DNA of 64,000 bases, taken from Prorocentrum cordatum (taxonomy: Eukaryota). Each line of letters opens with the position of its first letter. The first letter of the stretch is position 1. Shown piece after piece: positions 1 through 39,195 of the stretch. The stretch is taken from assembly GCA_963575745.1 (NCBI GenBank), contig CAUYUJ010000264.1, forward strand, positions 1 to 64,000. The letters run 5' to 3'. A program made the translations under genes and the position numbers. The notes under the pieces are model-generated. The model did no database searches, had not been told where the DNA came from, and saw only the letters and a list, made by a program, of their open reading frames with translations.

Positions 1-2339
1 CAGACGCTTCAGCCCCAAGAGATTGGGCGCACATGCTCAAGTGCCCCTGCGATGCTTTTATATGCAGTGCCTCTGCTTTCCGCCTGAGGCACGGCTTTCC
101 GATGCCTCACTGTGCAGTGGGGGGGAGACGGGGATCATTGGCGGGGCGGGCTCTGTCAATCTGGGCCTCCCCCTCCCCTCCCAAGGCGAAGGTTCAAGCC
201 GCACAGCATACAATCCCACGCGCCTCCATCCCCCGCCCTCCCTGGCCGCGAAACACTGCCGCAGGAAGCCGCTCTCAAGGTCGGAGGGGCCACGGGGGGG
301 AGGGAGGACGGCGGGGACTGGCAGCGAACCGGCGCCGAGAGGGAAGGGAGGCCAAGGCAAGGGAGGGGCGGGGGGACGCCGCTCTCCCCGTCACGAGCAG
401 CGGGGGGAGGGGGGGGGCCTCGGGCGGCAGCGAGGGCGAGGCGGCCGCGAAGGCGGAGCCGTAGCCCCACAGCGGGGCGAAGAGGAGAGCCGAGGGGCCG
501 AGAAGGGGAGGAGCGGGAGGAGAGGGAGGGAGCGGACTTCCGCCTCCTCCGCTGTCCGGCTCCTCTCCCCCTCTCCTCCCCCTCTCCTCCCCTCCGGGGT
601 GCTCCCCCTGATCGTCAGGCGTCCGTACCCGCGCTCGGCGTTTCGCCCCCCACCCCCCCCGACTGTTGGCGGGGGCGGCGGGGCCGGACAGGTGGTGTAC
701 AGCGTGCCAGCGTGGGCACCGCAGCTCCTGGTCGGTTCGTGTTCACCCTCCTGGGCATTCATGCCGCGGGGTGCGGACGGAGGCCCGGAGAGAGGAAGCA
801 GGGCGGTGGACGGGCGGGGCGACAGAGAGGTGAGAGAACAGACGTTGCGTCCTTTGGCGTCTGGGCAAGGGACAGACACGCTGTTTTCTGACAACGACGC
901 GCCGAATGCTCGCCAGGACCTGTGCCGCGGGTGGTAGTACGGCTGGCCCGTGCCGCGCCAACCACATATCCAGTCTGGCACCAGACACGAACAGGATGCC
1001 ACAGGATGCATGGCAATCTGTAGGCCTCCTGGGTGGCGTCCATGGGGGGCCCCATGGCCACATGGAGCCGTCGGGGCGGTCTTCGTTAAGCCCGTTAGGC
1101 GCTCTAGCTGAGCCCTTTGGGCGCTCTAGCGCGTCGCGCTGGGAGGATTGCAGACGCTTGAAGAGGGGTAGGGGTAATGGAAACATTCATGATGTTAGGG
1201 GGACTGACTCGCTCAACCAACTACGCCCACAGAGCTACTGAATTTACCAACTACTAGTCGTAGCGCCTTCGCTCCCCTAGCATGATCCAGCGGTGTCCTC
1301 GTCCCTTCCGTGACAATGTTATCTCCGTATATGATTCCAGACCGTGATGTATGGTTGGTGTTAATTTCCAGCGGAGCGGTTTCTACCCTTGAAGGTGTTA
1401 GCCACATCTTAGGATCGGCGCTGTGCTCCCGTCGTCCCAGCGCATGTCGTGGCCGCCCTTCGTTTCCCCCACGCCGCCTTGCCCTGATGCTCATGCTGCT
1501 CCTGCTCCTGATGCTCCCTCAACACCTTCTCATCCTCCCTCCTCATTCTCCATTTTCAACAAAATCCTGCTGACGCCATATTGCGACTCCTGTTGCTGCA
1601 CGAGCGCGCCTATCTTGCGCCTCTTCCCCTCCCCACTCCACGCTCCGTTGTCGTAGAAGTCGTCCTTCTCCGTCCGACCGCGCAGCCGCGAGCTGATCCC
1701 CCGCCTCGCGCACGGTCTCCTCTTTCTTTCTTGTTCATCTTTTCTTTTTCCCCTCCTCTCCCTTTTCCTCCTCTTTGCTCCTCCTCCTCCTCCTCCCTCC
1801 TCCCCATCCTCCTTCCAAGTCGCCCTCCTCCTCCTCCTCCTCCTCCTCCTCCTCTCGCGCGTTATGGAGCCGGCGACTGGGCTTCCGATGCCGACCTCGG
1901 AAGTGGCGAGCCTTGCAGATTTTCAGGCGCGCCGGGTCGACAGCGACGAGCGATGGCGACGACACGACGACGACGAGAGGGGTCGGGAGAGGAGGGAGGA
2001 CGAAGGGGGGGAGAGGGAGGGCGAGGTGAAATGATGGGGAGGAGGAGGAGGGAAGATGTGGAACGGGGGGAATTGGATGAGGAGAAGAGGAATCAGGCTA
2101 TGACGGGCTTGTGAGAAAGAGTGGAGGGATGGAGGGCGAAAGGATGAGGAGCAGCAGCATGATGAGGTGCAGCACAATACATGAAGGTCGGTTACGATGA
2201 TACTAGAGAGTTCGAGGAGGGTGCGGGCTTTCTAGGAGAAGGGGGAGAAGCGAGAAGGAGGAAGATGAAGGGGGAGGTGGAGGAGGAGGGGAAGAGTGGG
2301 ATATGGAGTAGGGGAGGGAGCTGAGAGGAAAAGGACGAG

Positions 2340-2642
2340 AGGGATGCTGATGATGCTGATGATGCTGAGGATGCTGATTGTGATGATGATGTTTATGCTG
2401 ATGCGGATGATGACAGTGGTGGTGGTGGTGGTGGTGATGATAATGATGATGGTGATCTTGATGTTGATGATGATGATGCTACTGATGATGATACTGATGA
2501 ATCTTATGATGATGCTGATGACGATAAGGATGATCATACGTGTGATGGTGTTGATGACGGTGGTGACGATGTATGATGTATGGTGATGATGTTGATGATG
2601 ATGATGCTGATGATGATGATGATGATGATGAGGATGAGGATG

Positions 2643-2690
<48 letters not shown>

Positions 2691-2925
2691 CTGATGATGA
2701 TGATGATGATGATGATGACTGATGATGATGATGATGATGATGATGATTATGATGCGGATGCTGATGCTGATGTTGATGCTGCTGCTGATGAGCATGGTGT
2801 TGCTGCTGATGATGATGAGGAGGAGGGGGAGGAGAAGGAGGAGGAGGCGGAGGAGGGAGAGGTGGAGGAGGAGAAGGAGGAGGAGGAGGAGGAGGAGGAG
2901 GAGGAGGAGGAGGAGGAGGAGAGGT
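2340..2925. repeat. Compound (GAT)n-(GAG)n microsatellite
   Basis: Read directly from the sequence. Confidence 0.9.
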
Positions 2926-3079
2926 GGGAGTATGAGAGAGGACTCCGAGGGCCGAGGGCAGCATGTATACGCCTCCTCCTTCTGACTATTCTTGCTGCTC
3001 TTCCTGCGCGCGTGCGTTTTCCCCATTGCCTTTTGTCTTCGCATTTTCATTATTTTCGTGACGCAGTCCCGTAGATGTC

Positions 3080-3450
3080 GCGACTTCGTCCGTGGGACAA
3101 CCTGCTCATCCTGGATGTGTTTTTGACGGCCCTGGTTCCGGATGCCGAAGGCTTGAAAACAGCAGACCGTCGTGCGTGTGTTCGCGGAGTTGGGATGCCT
3201 GGGCCACTGCGGACATTTTAGCCATGGCTGTAGAGCTAACACGGCCAGAGTGTGGGCGACCGCTGGCGGGAGCGGTGCTGACCTACTTCTCCAGCTGCTG
3301 CCAAAGATAGCCACCCCCCACTCCCAGCCTTCTGGACCAATGGGCCCTTCAGCGCATGCCGCCATACGGTCCAGCGAGGCGCGCGCGGTCACTGAGGCTT
3401 CTGACCGCCTTAGACCGCTCCTGCGCCAACTTCTGTAAATTTGGGGATCG
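3080..3450 (+). mobile_element. Possible highly decayed non-LTR reverse transcriptase fragment
   Basis: Frameshifted peptides LLILDVF..W and RSWDAWATADILAMAVE...GRPLAGAVLTYF..C loosely resemble the RT core region around the D..K.FD motif; weak. Confidence 0.3.
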
Positions 3451-4984
3451 TCGGTGGCCGGCTTCCCCCTGTACCAGCTGAGACCTGCATCTTCCAGCTA
3501 TTGCCCAGCCCACCCGTGACAGAAGCATCTTTTTGAGACGGGTGTTTGGATTAGCCATGTTGGGCCCCGACGGAGACGGAGAGCGTGCCAGGCGCATGCC
3601 AGCATTTTCCGCACCAAATTGTTTGCTTGACGCTTTTCCTCAGAGCACCTAGTCACCCCAGGGTCGTCCGTGACGTCGTCGTTGTCGCCCTCCTTCTTGC
3701 TGTCGTCCTCGTCATCATCATCGTCCTTGTCGCCTGTGTCGCCCTCGACGGCGTCGTCATCGTCGCCCTCGTCTTCGGCGCACTCGTGGATGTTCTCCAT
3801 CCTGCCTCCCCCTTTCAAGAGACGCGGCATTTCTCCCGAGGCGTGGCGGGAGGTGGGCGACCCTGCCCGAGGGCCCTTCCAGGCCTTCCTGTCGGCCGCC
3901 CTGGGCGACCTCTCCAGGATGGGGGTGGGGGGGGGCTGCAGGGACAGGAGAGCGGGGTGAGGTCGGATATAGCTAGGACCTCGGGTGAAGTGGGGCCGGA
4001 TAGTGATTGGGGCCCCGAAGTTCTGAACATCGTCTGGAATCACTAAACCAAGTCTGCCATAGACGGTGTTTCTCCGGGCGACGGCAGATCCGCTTAGTGG
4101 AGTGGGATTGGGGGGCGCCCTTCGGCGATAGACATCATCACTAAACTGGGTCCCACTGTACCCAGTTCCGCCAACGCCCGAAGAGGGAGGGGGATGGGGA
4201 GGAGGGGGTATGAGGAGGTGGAAGGAACACGAGTGGGCGGAGGAGGTCAAAGCGGACCAGCTCATCATGCCCGTTAGCTGTTTTCCCGTCAAGGGCCGAA
4301 CATGCGGGACCGTCTTGTGGTCGGTCTGTTCAAGTAGTTGCGAATCGACATCGACAATGCCAACATTGTTCCCACGGCTGCAAGCATTCTAAGGGCGCTG
4401 CCACATCCGTTTGTCGCTGAGCATATTGCGAAGGAACGCAGGGAGCTCTCGGCTTTCGCCGAGCCGTAGACCGTGCGCCTGGCGGAGGCTGCGAGCACCG
4501 AGAGCCAGCCGACCGTCGAGATCATTCGGGCCGCTTTGGCGCGCGCGGTGGGGCGGAGGCCGCTTGCCAGCTCTCAGGCGGGCTCTGGGCAGAAGCATAC
4601 CTGTCAAAGGCCGCATTGACGGGGGCGTAGCTCGGGGGCCGATTTACGGCCACCGCCCCCGCGCGCGTACCTTGTGCCGGACCAGCTTGCTTGTGTGGGG
4701 GGAGTGCAAAAGTCGTGCCCCCAGGTGATGCCATTTGTGTGCACAACCCACGCTCAAGGGTCTTGTGCCGGACCAGCTTGTTTCTTGAGGCTGGCGTGCA
4801 AGATTCGTTCCCCGAGGCGCCGTTGTTGCCGCGCTGGCGTTTGTTGTCCTCATTTCCGCCCGCACGTCGGATGAGGTTGCGTCTTCGAGGCGGTCGTAGA
4901 CGACGTCTGATTGCTGCTTGATCCGTCGTGCGAGTTGTTTCATTATTGATCCTTCGTGCGAGTTGTTTTCTTCTGGATCCTTCT

Positions 4985-5500
4985 CGACATTGAGGTCTTG
5001 GCGTATTCAAAGCCACACAACTATTTGGGTCGGCAACTTCCGTTCTGCAACCAGATGAAGGTAGAAATCGACTCACGTATTCGAGCCGCCTGGGATAAGT
5101 TTGTTTCTTCGAACAGGAACTGCTCTCCCGGTCGTACCCATTACGCGACAGATTCAGATTTTTCAGCGGCATCGTGACACCTACAATCTTATACGGATGC
5201 GCATCATGGACGATGACTGCTGCTTTGGAACAGCTTGTGCTGGCAACTCAACGCCGGATGCTACGGATGATCCTAGGCTCGCCACGGAGACGAACACCCA
5301 ATACCGACGACAACAGTACGAAAGGCAACGGATTCGGCTTGGAATCTTGGGTGGACTGAATCCGACGCACCACTCACAGTTCTGAGCAAGTTCACGCAAA
5401 TTTGGGTTTTGAGCACTGGGTGGATATTCAGAAACACCGGAACATGGAACGGGCTCAGAAGATCTTCCACTGCAGCCCGGATCGATGGAGTAACAAAGCG
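4985..5500 (+). mobile_element. Decayed 3' fragment of a non-LTR retrotransposon (RT C-terminal/thumb region, RTE-like)
   Basis: YLGRQL...EIDSRIRAAWDKF and TPTILYGCASWTMT..LE..V..TQRRMLRMILG...ESWVD lie in different frames, with frameshifts and a stop. Confidence 0.75.
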
Positions 5501-7590
5501 TATCATTATGCTTTTCGAAGCACGGCGTCCACACAGACCTCGAACACGATGGGTTGATGCACTCTGAGGGGCTACGGCCCCGCCGCCGACCTCTGCAGAA
5601 GGCGCTCTGGGCGCGCGCACGGAGCGGCATCGGAGCTCGCCTGGCCTCGCCTCGGGCGATTACAGACAAAAGCTGGATCCTGCTGCACTCACGTTGCACG
5701 AGTTGGTGTTTTTCGGCTTTGCGCCCCTTGGGGTGTGCATACAAAAATAAGGCGGACGAGGAGGTTGAGCGATAGGGGGTGTGAAAGGGAAGGGGGTGTG
5801 GTGAAGATGGGCACTTGTAGTGGCGAGGGTGGGGATGTGGATGGGGGATCTGCGGCGGAAGGGGAGGAGGGCGACATGGCGAGGATGAGGATGAGGAGGA
5901 GCAGGAGGAGGTTGAGAAGGATGCCGAGTCACGAAGAGGCGGGGGCGTAGGAGCAGTGAGGGTGATGACAGGTCTTGGCTGCGGAATCTCCACTGTCTAC
6001 GATCTCGGCCGGGTCCACGACGCGTGCCCCACCTTCCTCCTCCACTTTCCTCGTCTTCCTCCTTGTTTTCGCTGCCGCTTTCCCTCGAGGGCGGCCCTGT
6101 CAGGACCACTCGTGCCCAGACCAGGTCACATTCAGACCTGGTCTTACCCAGTCGATCAAAGCTCGCTCAGTGAGCACACGTGCGGGCACTCATAGACAGA
6201 AAGGGAGTTCGTTAGAACATATCCGCATCGGGAGGGGGTGTGAGACGGGAGGCAGCCCCGGGGCAGTGCGAGCGGGTGGGGGGAGGGCACATGAAGCTGT
6301 GTCTGAACCCGAAACTTCGAAAGGCAAGCGAAGTTTGACCCACCATACCGCAGCCCGAGGACCGCAGTGCGCACCCTTTACAGCACGCTGTCATTTCTAG
6401 TGTTGCTTGGCCGCCCGTCTCCGCACACTCCGCCCGGGTTTGTTTTTGGCTGGGGCGCGGGCCGCTCTGGCTGCCCCTTCAAACTGCAAAACAAGTTTGT
6501 GTCTGGCGTAAATCTGCTGGAGCGACTTTCCCTCGTCAAAATTTGGGTGCTGGACCCACGCCGTGGGGTTGCTCGACCCATTGCCCCTCGTAAAACATGG
6601 GGGCCGGAATCACCTTTCTTGTCGGCGTGAGCTGCTGGCGTTTGTCCCCTCGTAATAATGGGGCGCTGTAACCTCATGCCGCTTAGGGCCTGAACCACAT
6701 AATGTTAGTACAGAGTGTGCAGTCGATGTGGAGCATTTCATGTGGTGCATGTCTGCTCCAATTTATATGGTCAATATGTGGTGCACTTCTGCTCACCAAT
6801 ACGATAGTGCATTATTTGTGGTACACTGTATGTTGTGTAATCTGTGTGGTGCAATTCTGCTCACCAGTGAGCTGTCTACTCCTCTGCTCGCGCAATCATC
6901 CCACCTACCCGTCCGCAACTGGGCTTGCACAACCCATGCGGCGGCGATTGCGATGACTGCTTGGCGCTGGCTGGAACATCGCTGCGGCCGCGCTAGCGCG
7001 CGCAGGCTCGCGCGCAAAGTGGCCAGTTAACTTAGCACGACCGACGCGGCCGCGGTGACGCTGACCGCTTGGGGGTTCCCAACGCGTTTCGCAGCCCGCG
7101 CTAACGAGCGGGCGCTTCAGTACGAGTCGGTGATCTGGGCGGGCGCGGTATCATGCCGACGTCGACAACGGCTGACACGGTTCTGATAGTAACGATGTTG
7201 GTGACGATGGTGACGATGACGGCGGCAGGGCGCATCAGAGCCCGATTCCGAGCCCGAGCCCGAGCCCGAACTTGAGCGAGTTCGCGAGCGTGTGCACGTG
7301 ACGTGCGTGCGCGTTTCAGATGTGCCAACGTGCTATCACGCAATTCGCTACCCGACAATCTTCACCAGACTGTAAGACATGCGTACGTCTGGCATCGTGT
7401 TTTCATGTTTCTCGCGTCTCTTGGTCCAATGCCTCCCCTCGTGGCCGCTCCAGACGTGCTTCGAGGACCCTTCGGGACGGTATCAGGTCGGGTGGTTTTG
7501 TCTGCGGCTGCTCTGGCCACGAGGGAACGACCCCAGACTCTGCATACTCCGCACCCACCTGCTCCTCCCTCTGCCCTCCTCTCAGCATCG

Positions 7591-7752
7591 CCGATCCCCA
7601 TTCCCAGCCCCATTTCCTTCGAGACCCTCACCTACTTGCCGCCCCAGTTGAGTATACACCCCTCGAAACCCGAAGGGAACGACCTATATCCCCATCTAGG
7701 GGGGTAAATCGGCCAGTGGGGCCCAGGCCACGCCGTTGGAGATGGGGATCGG
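7591..7752. mobile_element. Dispersed MITE-like repeat; second copy at about 38715-38860
   Basis: CCGATCCCC...GGGGATCGG ends and shared AATCGGCCAGTGGGGCCCAGGCCACGCCG. Confidence 0.6.
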
Positions 7753-7793
7753 TTAAACGACACTTATCCTCCCCCTCCTCCACACCCGCTGGC

Positions 7794-7804
7794 CCGTAGC
7801 CATT
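7794..7804 (+). promoter_or_regulatory. Partial dinoflagellate spliced-leader relic / likely trans-splice acceptor
   Basis: CCGTAGCCATT matches nt 2-12 of the dinoflagellate SL DCCGTAGCCATTTTGGCTCAAG, in sense orientation 100 nt upstream of the ATG and after a pyrimidine-rich stretch. Confidence 0.55.
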
Positions 7805-7904
7805 GCTTGCCGCCCTCCCACGGTCGTGGCTGCCTCTGGGGCCCAGCACTTGCGAGCAGCGCTGACCGCACGAAGTGCCCCGTGCCCCTGTGGCGGGCGC
7901 TGCC

Positions 7905-34690
<26,786 letters not shown>

Positions 34691-35212
34691 GGCAGCCAGG
34701 GCTCCGCGACCGCGGTCACGAGTGCCGGACTGCACCGCCGTGTAGCCTGGACAGCAGATGTTCCAGCACAACACGAGCTGATCGGCATCGCTGCCAGAAT
34801 TCCCCTCCCCCGAGGCTGCGACGCGCCTCGCACCACAGGAGAAGACTACAGCCTGCGCCCGAGGGTGTTGAGGAAGAAAGAGGGGGATGGACGAGGAAGG
34901 AGGACGGAAGAGAGGGGTGGAGACGGTGAAGGCATACGGAGGAGGAGGAGCAGTGGAGGGTTCTTGCAGGTACCAGTGCTTTCAATGTTCTGGGGGGTTC
35001 TTTCCGAGCAGTGATAGGAGTTCTCGTCCATCTCGTCCCCGCAGAGGCAGGGGGGAATATGACGGATGAAGGGGGAGGAAGAGCATCAGCAGCAACAGCA
35101 GGATGAGGATCAGGATCGGGGCACCTGTTTGCCTTCTGCTCCCCCCCGTTCCTCCCACGCACCTGGGGTGAGGACGCTGCCTAAGAGCACTGTCGGCTAC
35201 ATCCCTCCTTCG

Positions 35213-35409
35213 AGGCCTCCCAGATGGGGTCCGCGTAGATAGAGTCAGAGGATCGCGCCGTATCGCCGATGCATCGGCGATGCGGCTCGATGTAAAGCCC
35301 GTCTTTTCACGCCGATGCATCGCTGCTGCATCGGCGATGCATCGCCGATGCATTGGCGATGCGGCGCGATCCTCTGACCCCATCTGCTCGTACCCATTCT
35401 AGGAGGCCT
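35213..35409. mobile_element. Palindromic MITE-like element in the convergent intergenic gap
   Basis: AGGCCTCC.AGATGGG...GTCAGAGGATCGCGCCG.ATCGCC / GGCGATGCGGCGCGATCCTCTGAC...GGAGGCCT; half copy at about 39300-39382. Confidence 0.65.
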
Positions 35410-35467
35410 CTACTCCTGCTCCTCGGATGTACAACGCCTCCAACAGACCCCGAGAAGGCACCCGAGC

Positions 35468-38400
35468 TTAGGTTCTGATGCGGTCAGCGAACCATGGGGC
35501 CTCGTCGTCGTCGTCCTCCTCCACGAAGAGGTGCGGGGTGGGTCTCTGGGGGCTGTTCGGGGTCGTCCTCCTCGCCGCCCTTTGGCGGGGCTCAACCGAA
35601 GCACCACACGGCGTTGCCACCGGAATGACGGCGGCGATGGCAGGCGGCAGGAGGCAGGCGGCGACGGTGACCCCACGCCTCCGACCTGCTGACCTGTTCG
35701 GCTCCACCACCTCCAGACCAGGCCTCCCGCACCGATTTTCGAGAGGCGGCCCGCGGGGGCCGAAGCCTGCCACAGCCGAAGCCTGCCACTCTGCTCTGGA
35801 TGGGGGTCCAGGGGCGACGACTCACTCGGGGGTCGGGGCTCAAGGGACGGGAGTCAATAACAATTGGGGTCTGCCAGAGCGCCGGGTCTTGCTGGATCCT
35901 GCAGAGCCAGGGCAGCACTGACCCGTTCTTGCGCGCAGGACCCTGCAGGACCCTGCAAAGCCCGACTGACCCGGGTGTGCATCGACCCCGGTCAGCAGGT
36001 CCCCCAGAGGGACGTCAAGGACCTCGAGGAGCATCCAGCAGTGGCGACGAGGGACCTCCAGGACGAGCGAGGATGAGGAGGAGGAGGAGGAGGAGGAGGA
36101 GGAGGTGGAGGAGGAGGAGGAGGTGGAGGAGGAGGAGGAGGAGGACCTTCAGGGCCTCCGCGCGACCGACGAGTGCCCGCCGCCTGCCCCAGGAAGGTGT
36201 GCGCGGAGCACGAGCGCGGGCTGCGCGAGGCGCAGTCGGCCGTCCGCGCCCCGGCGCCGGGCCGCGGCTCGGGGCGCGGGACGCCGCGCTGCAGCTCGGC
36301 GCCGCTGGGGGGGGGGGGCCGGGGGGGGCCGGGGGGGGGGTCAGCTGGGCGCGCTGCCGCTCGGCTCGCTGGGTGATGCTTATGTGGGGATTTTGCCTTG
36401 CGCGCTGCGTTCGCCACGCGCGCGCAAGCACAGACGGGGCCCCGGTTTTCTCCCACGCCAGCCAGATGCCGTCACCAGCGGGGGGTCAGGGGCAGCGGCA
36501 GGCCCAGAGCCCCTCGCGTCGTGGAACGGGCGCGGCACTGGAGGTCGGACGCTGTTGCTGAGGCCTTACGGCCGGTGCCGCTGACCCCGGACGACGCTCC
36601 CCACGAGGGAAGATGCGTCCGGGAAGGTCGGGATCCGACGCTCTGAAGAGTGCCGCTACAGGCTGCACGAGGCCCTCAAGGGGTGCCCCAGAACCCCCGT
36701 CTGAGCTTCGGGGGGCTCTCTTCTTGTCAGGGTCGCCGGCCGGCCCAGGGCCCTCGCGGTGTGAAGCGAAGACGGTGCGGGAGGCTTGTCGCTATTTTTC
36801 GGCCTCTGGGGTCTCTCACCGTGCCTCGGGTCCGAGCACGGACGGCCTGGGCGGAACAACTGGTCCAGGGGGAGTTGTCCAGACCTCACAGGGTCCATGT
36901 CCTGGAAAACAATCAGGACGTTGGTGGTCTTGGGGGTGGCAGGCGGGCGGGGCTGGGACGAGGATGAGTGTTTTCCAGAGCGCTCTGGAACGCTCTCACA
37001 GCGAGCGTTCGGGAACGCTCTGAGGAGGCCGCGGCGCCCGATACGTCCTCCAGAGCCGCCAGATCTCAGAGATCCCCACCTGTTCTCATCCAATGTTATC
37101 CTCGTCCTGGCTTCGTCTTAGACGGGCTCAGGTGGGGGCAGGTTTTTGGACGTCTTCCTCGCTTCTCGTCGGTGTGCCAGCCCCGGTGTGCCGAAGGGCC
37201 GCCGTCGAGCCGAGCGTGCCGATGGCTCGGGCCTCCATTTCCCCGAGCTCGGGGTGACTCGCCGTCTCGATGCCTCCCAGGCCTTGCGCCTTCCAGGCTG
37301 CTGGGGGTTGGATGGTGGAAGCGAGAATGAGGGCTGAGGAGAAGGGAATACGACGGACGACCAAGGACGACGGCGACCACGGGCCGTCGGGCGACGGACG
37401 ATGGACGATCGACAGGATGGGCCTCCAACGGATGCTAACCTGGGCTTATACTGTTCCGGGAGTCTTTGCTTGGTATCATAATGTTCCCCCAGGAGCATGC
37501 TACACTGGTTTTGGTAAAGGTTCAGTATACATGAAATGGGGTTGATAATCTTCCCACTGGAACATTGCGAAGTTTGCTTTATAATGGTTTTGGGCACTTG
37601 GCTTTCAGTTGACACGTCCCTCCTACAGGAGGAGTATTCAAAGACAATCAACTCAGGGGACGATTTACCTACTATTTCTTACTATTGCTGAACATTTGTT
37701 TTCTAGTTATGATGCTTCGCCCAACATCTGCATGCAGGAGGACATGCCCGACCGAAACCTAGCTCCATAACCCCAATACCATGACTTGGCTTATTAAGTT
37801 GGAATGATACGACTGGTTATCTGCCACCCCAACCCCGTCACCAGGGGAGATCCATTATGTTTGGATCTTATCTCTTGTTTATCTGTTAAATTTTATGGAA
37901 CAGCATACTGGGGTTCATTTCGCTGGAGTCATAATCAAGAGGGGGGGGCCTGCATGGTTCACTCTTTCATTATTTCCCCCCCAATCCAGGCGCCTCACAG
38001 GGAGAACATCAACCACGGTGTATCATTTTCGCATGATGAACCTGGGTGTTCGTCCTGGAAAGACGACAATGGATTTTGGGGGTGGTCGACAACTCCGCTA
38101 GCTAGGGCATTACGGATTGAGGTTCAGCATCGGATGATCTAAGACCCAGGTCTACCACTCCGAGCTCATACACCACGGGCGACGAGGACTTCCCGTGTGC
38201 TCCCACGACCGACGACGGAGGATCCTCGGCCGACCGACGGACGACCGACGGCCGACCGACGACCGACCGACGACGAGTGACCGACGACGGACGACCGACG
38301 AAGGCGGCGACGCCGACGAGGCCCCCTGCGCCAGCCCCCGGAGGCGCCCGCCGCCGTCCGCCTGGACGCCGCGCCCGCCGGGACGGGGAGCAGCGGCGGC

Positions 38401-39141
38401 GCGCCCGCCAGCGGCCCGGGGCCCGGCGGCGGCGCGCCGCCGCGGCCGCCGACGCTTCCGAGACGCTTCCGAGACGGCCCCGAGAGTGGCCTGAAGTCGG
38501 GCCTGTCCCCCATACAGGGGGGTTTTCGTCGGAAAGTACAGGATACCCCCAACAAATGCACCAAGGAGGCAACAAACATACTCAAAAAGTGATCCCTAGA
38601 CTACTTTTGGATTGTTTTTTGTTAATTTTGGGTGTATTTGTTATGTTTCGTCGGAAATCCCCCTGTAGGGGGACAGGCCCGAGTTCAGAGTGGCCTGTCG
38701 TCGGTACCGCTTAACCGATCCCCGTCCCCATCCACATCCCCTTCGAGACCCCCGCCAGATTACCCCCCCTCCCCATTCGGGGAGACGCCCCTCGAAACCC
38801 CGTCTGGGGGGGTCAATCGGCCAGTGGGGCCCAGGCCACGCCGCTGGGGATGGGGACCGGATAAACGATGCTCAACGGTGCGAGCACGCGGGGGTCCCCG
38901 CCTGGCTGGAGGCGATGCGATGGCAGCATTTTGCGCGCTCGGGTGTGGCCTCCCCGTGGCCCCCGGCAGTCGCGCACCAGAGGTCACTCTCGCCTGGGGT
39001 CACTGGGGTCACTCCTGAGCGTCGCCGACCAAGGCGCCCCCAAGACGGCCTCACAAGGCAGGACGAGACATGACGATGTGAGGAGGGACGAGACAGGGCG
39101 ACGAGGACGGCCGTCGCGGCCACCGCCGCCGTTGCCGCCGC

Positions 39142-39195
<54 letters not shown>

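Noticed and set aside
692..730. Possible + strand exon VVYSVPAWAPQLL (CAG|GT...CTG|GT)
   Set aside because: Only 39 nt, and no partner exons could be linked within the window. It may belong to an upstream gene but is unsupported.
23..1011. Overlapping 200-300 aa ORFs at the window start
   Set aside because: G/R/P-rich translations are open in several frames on both strands because of extreme GC content, with no domain or codon-position bias.
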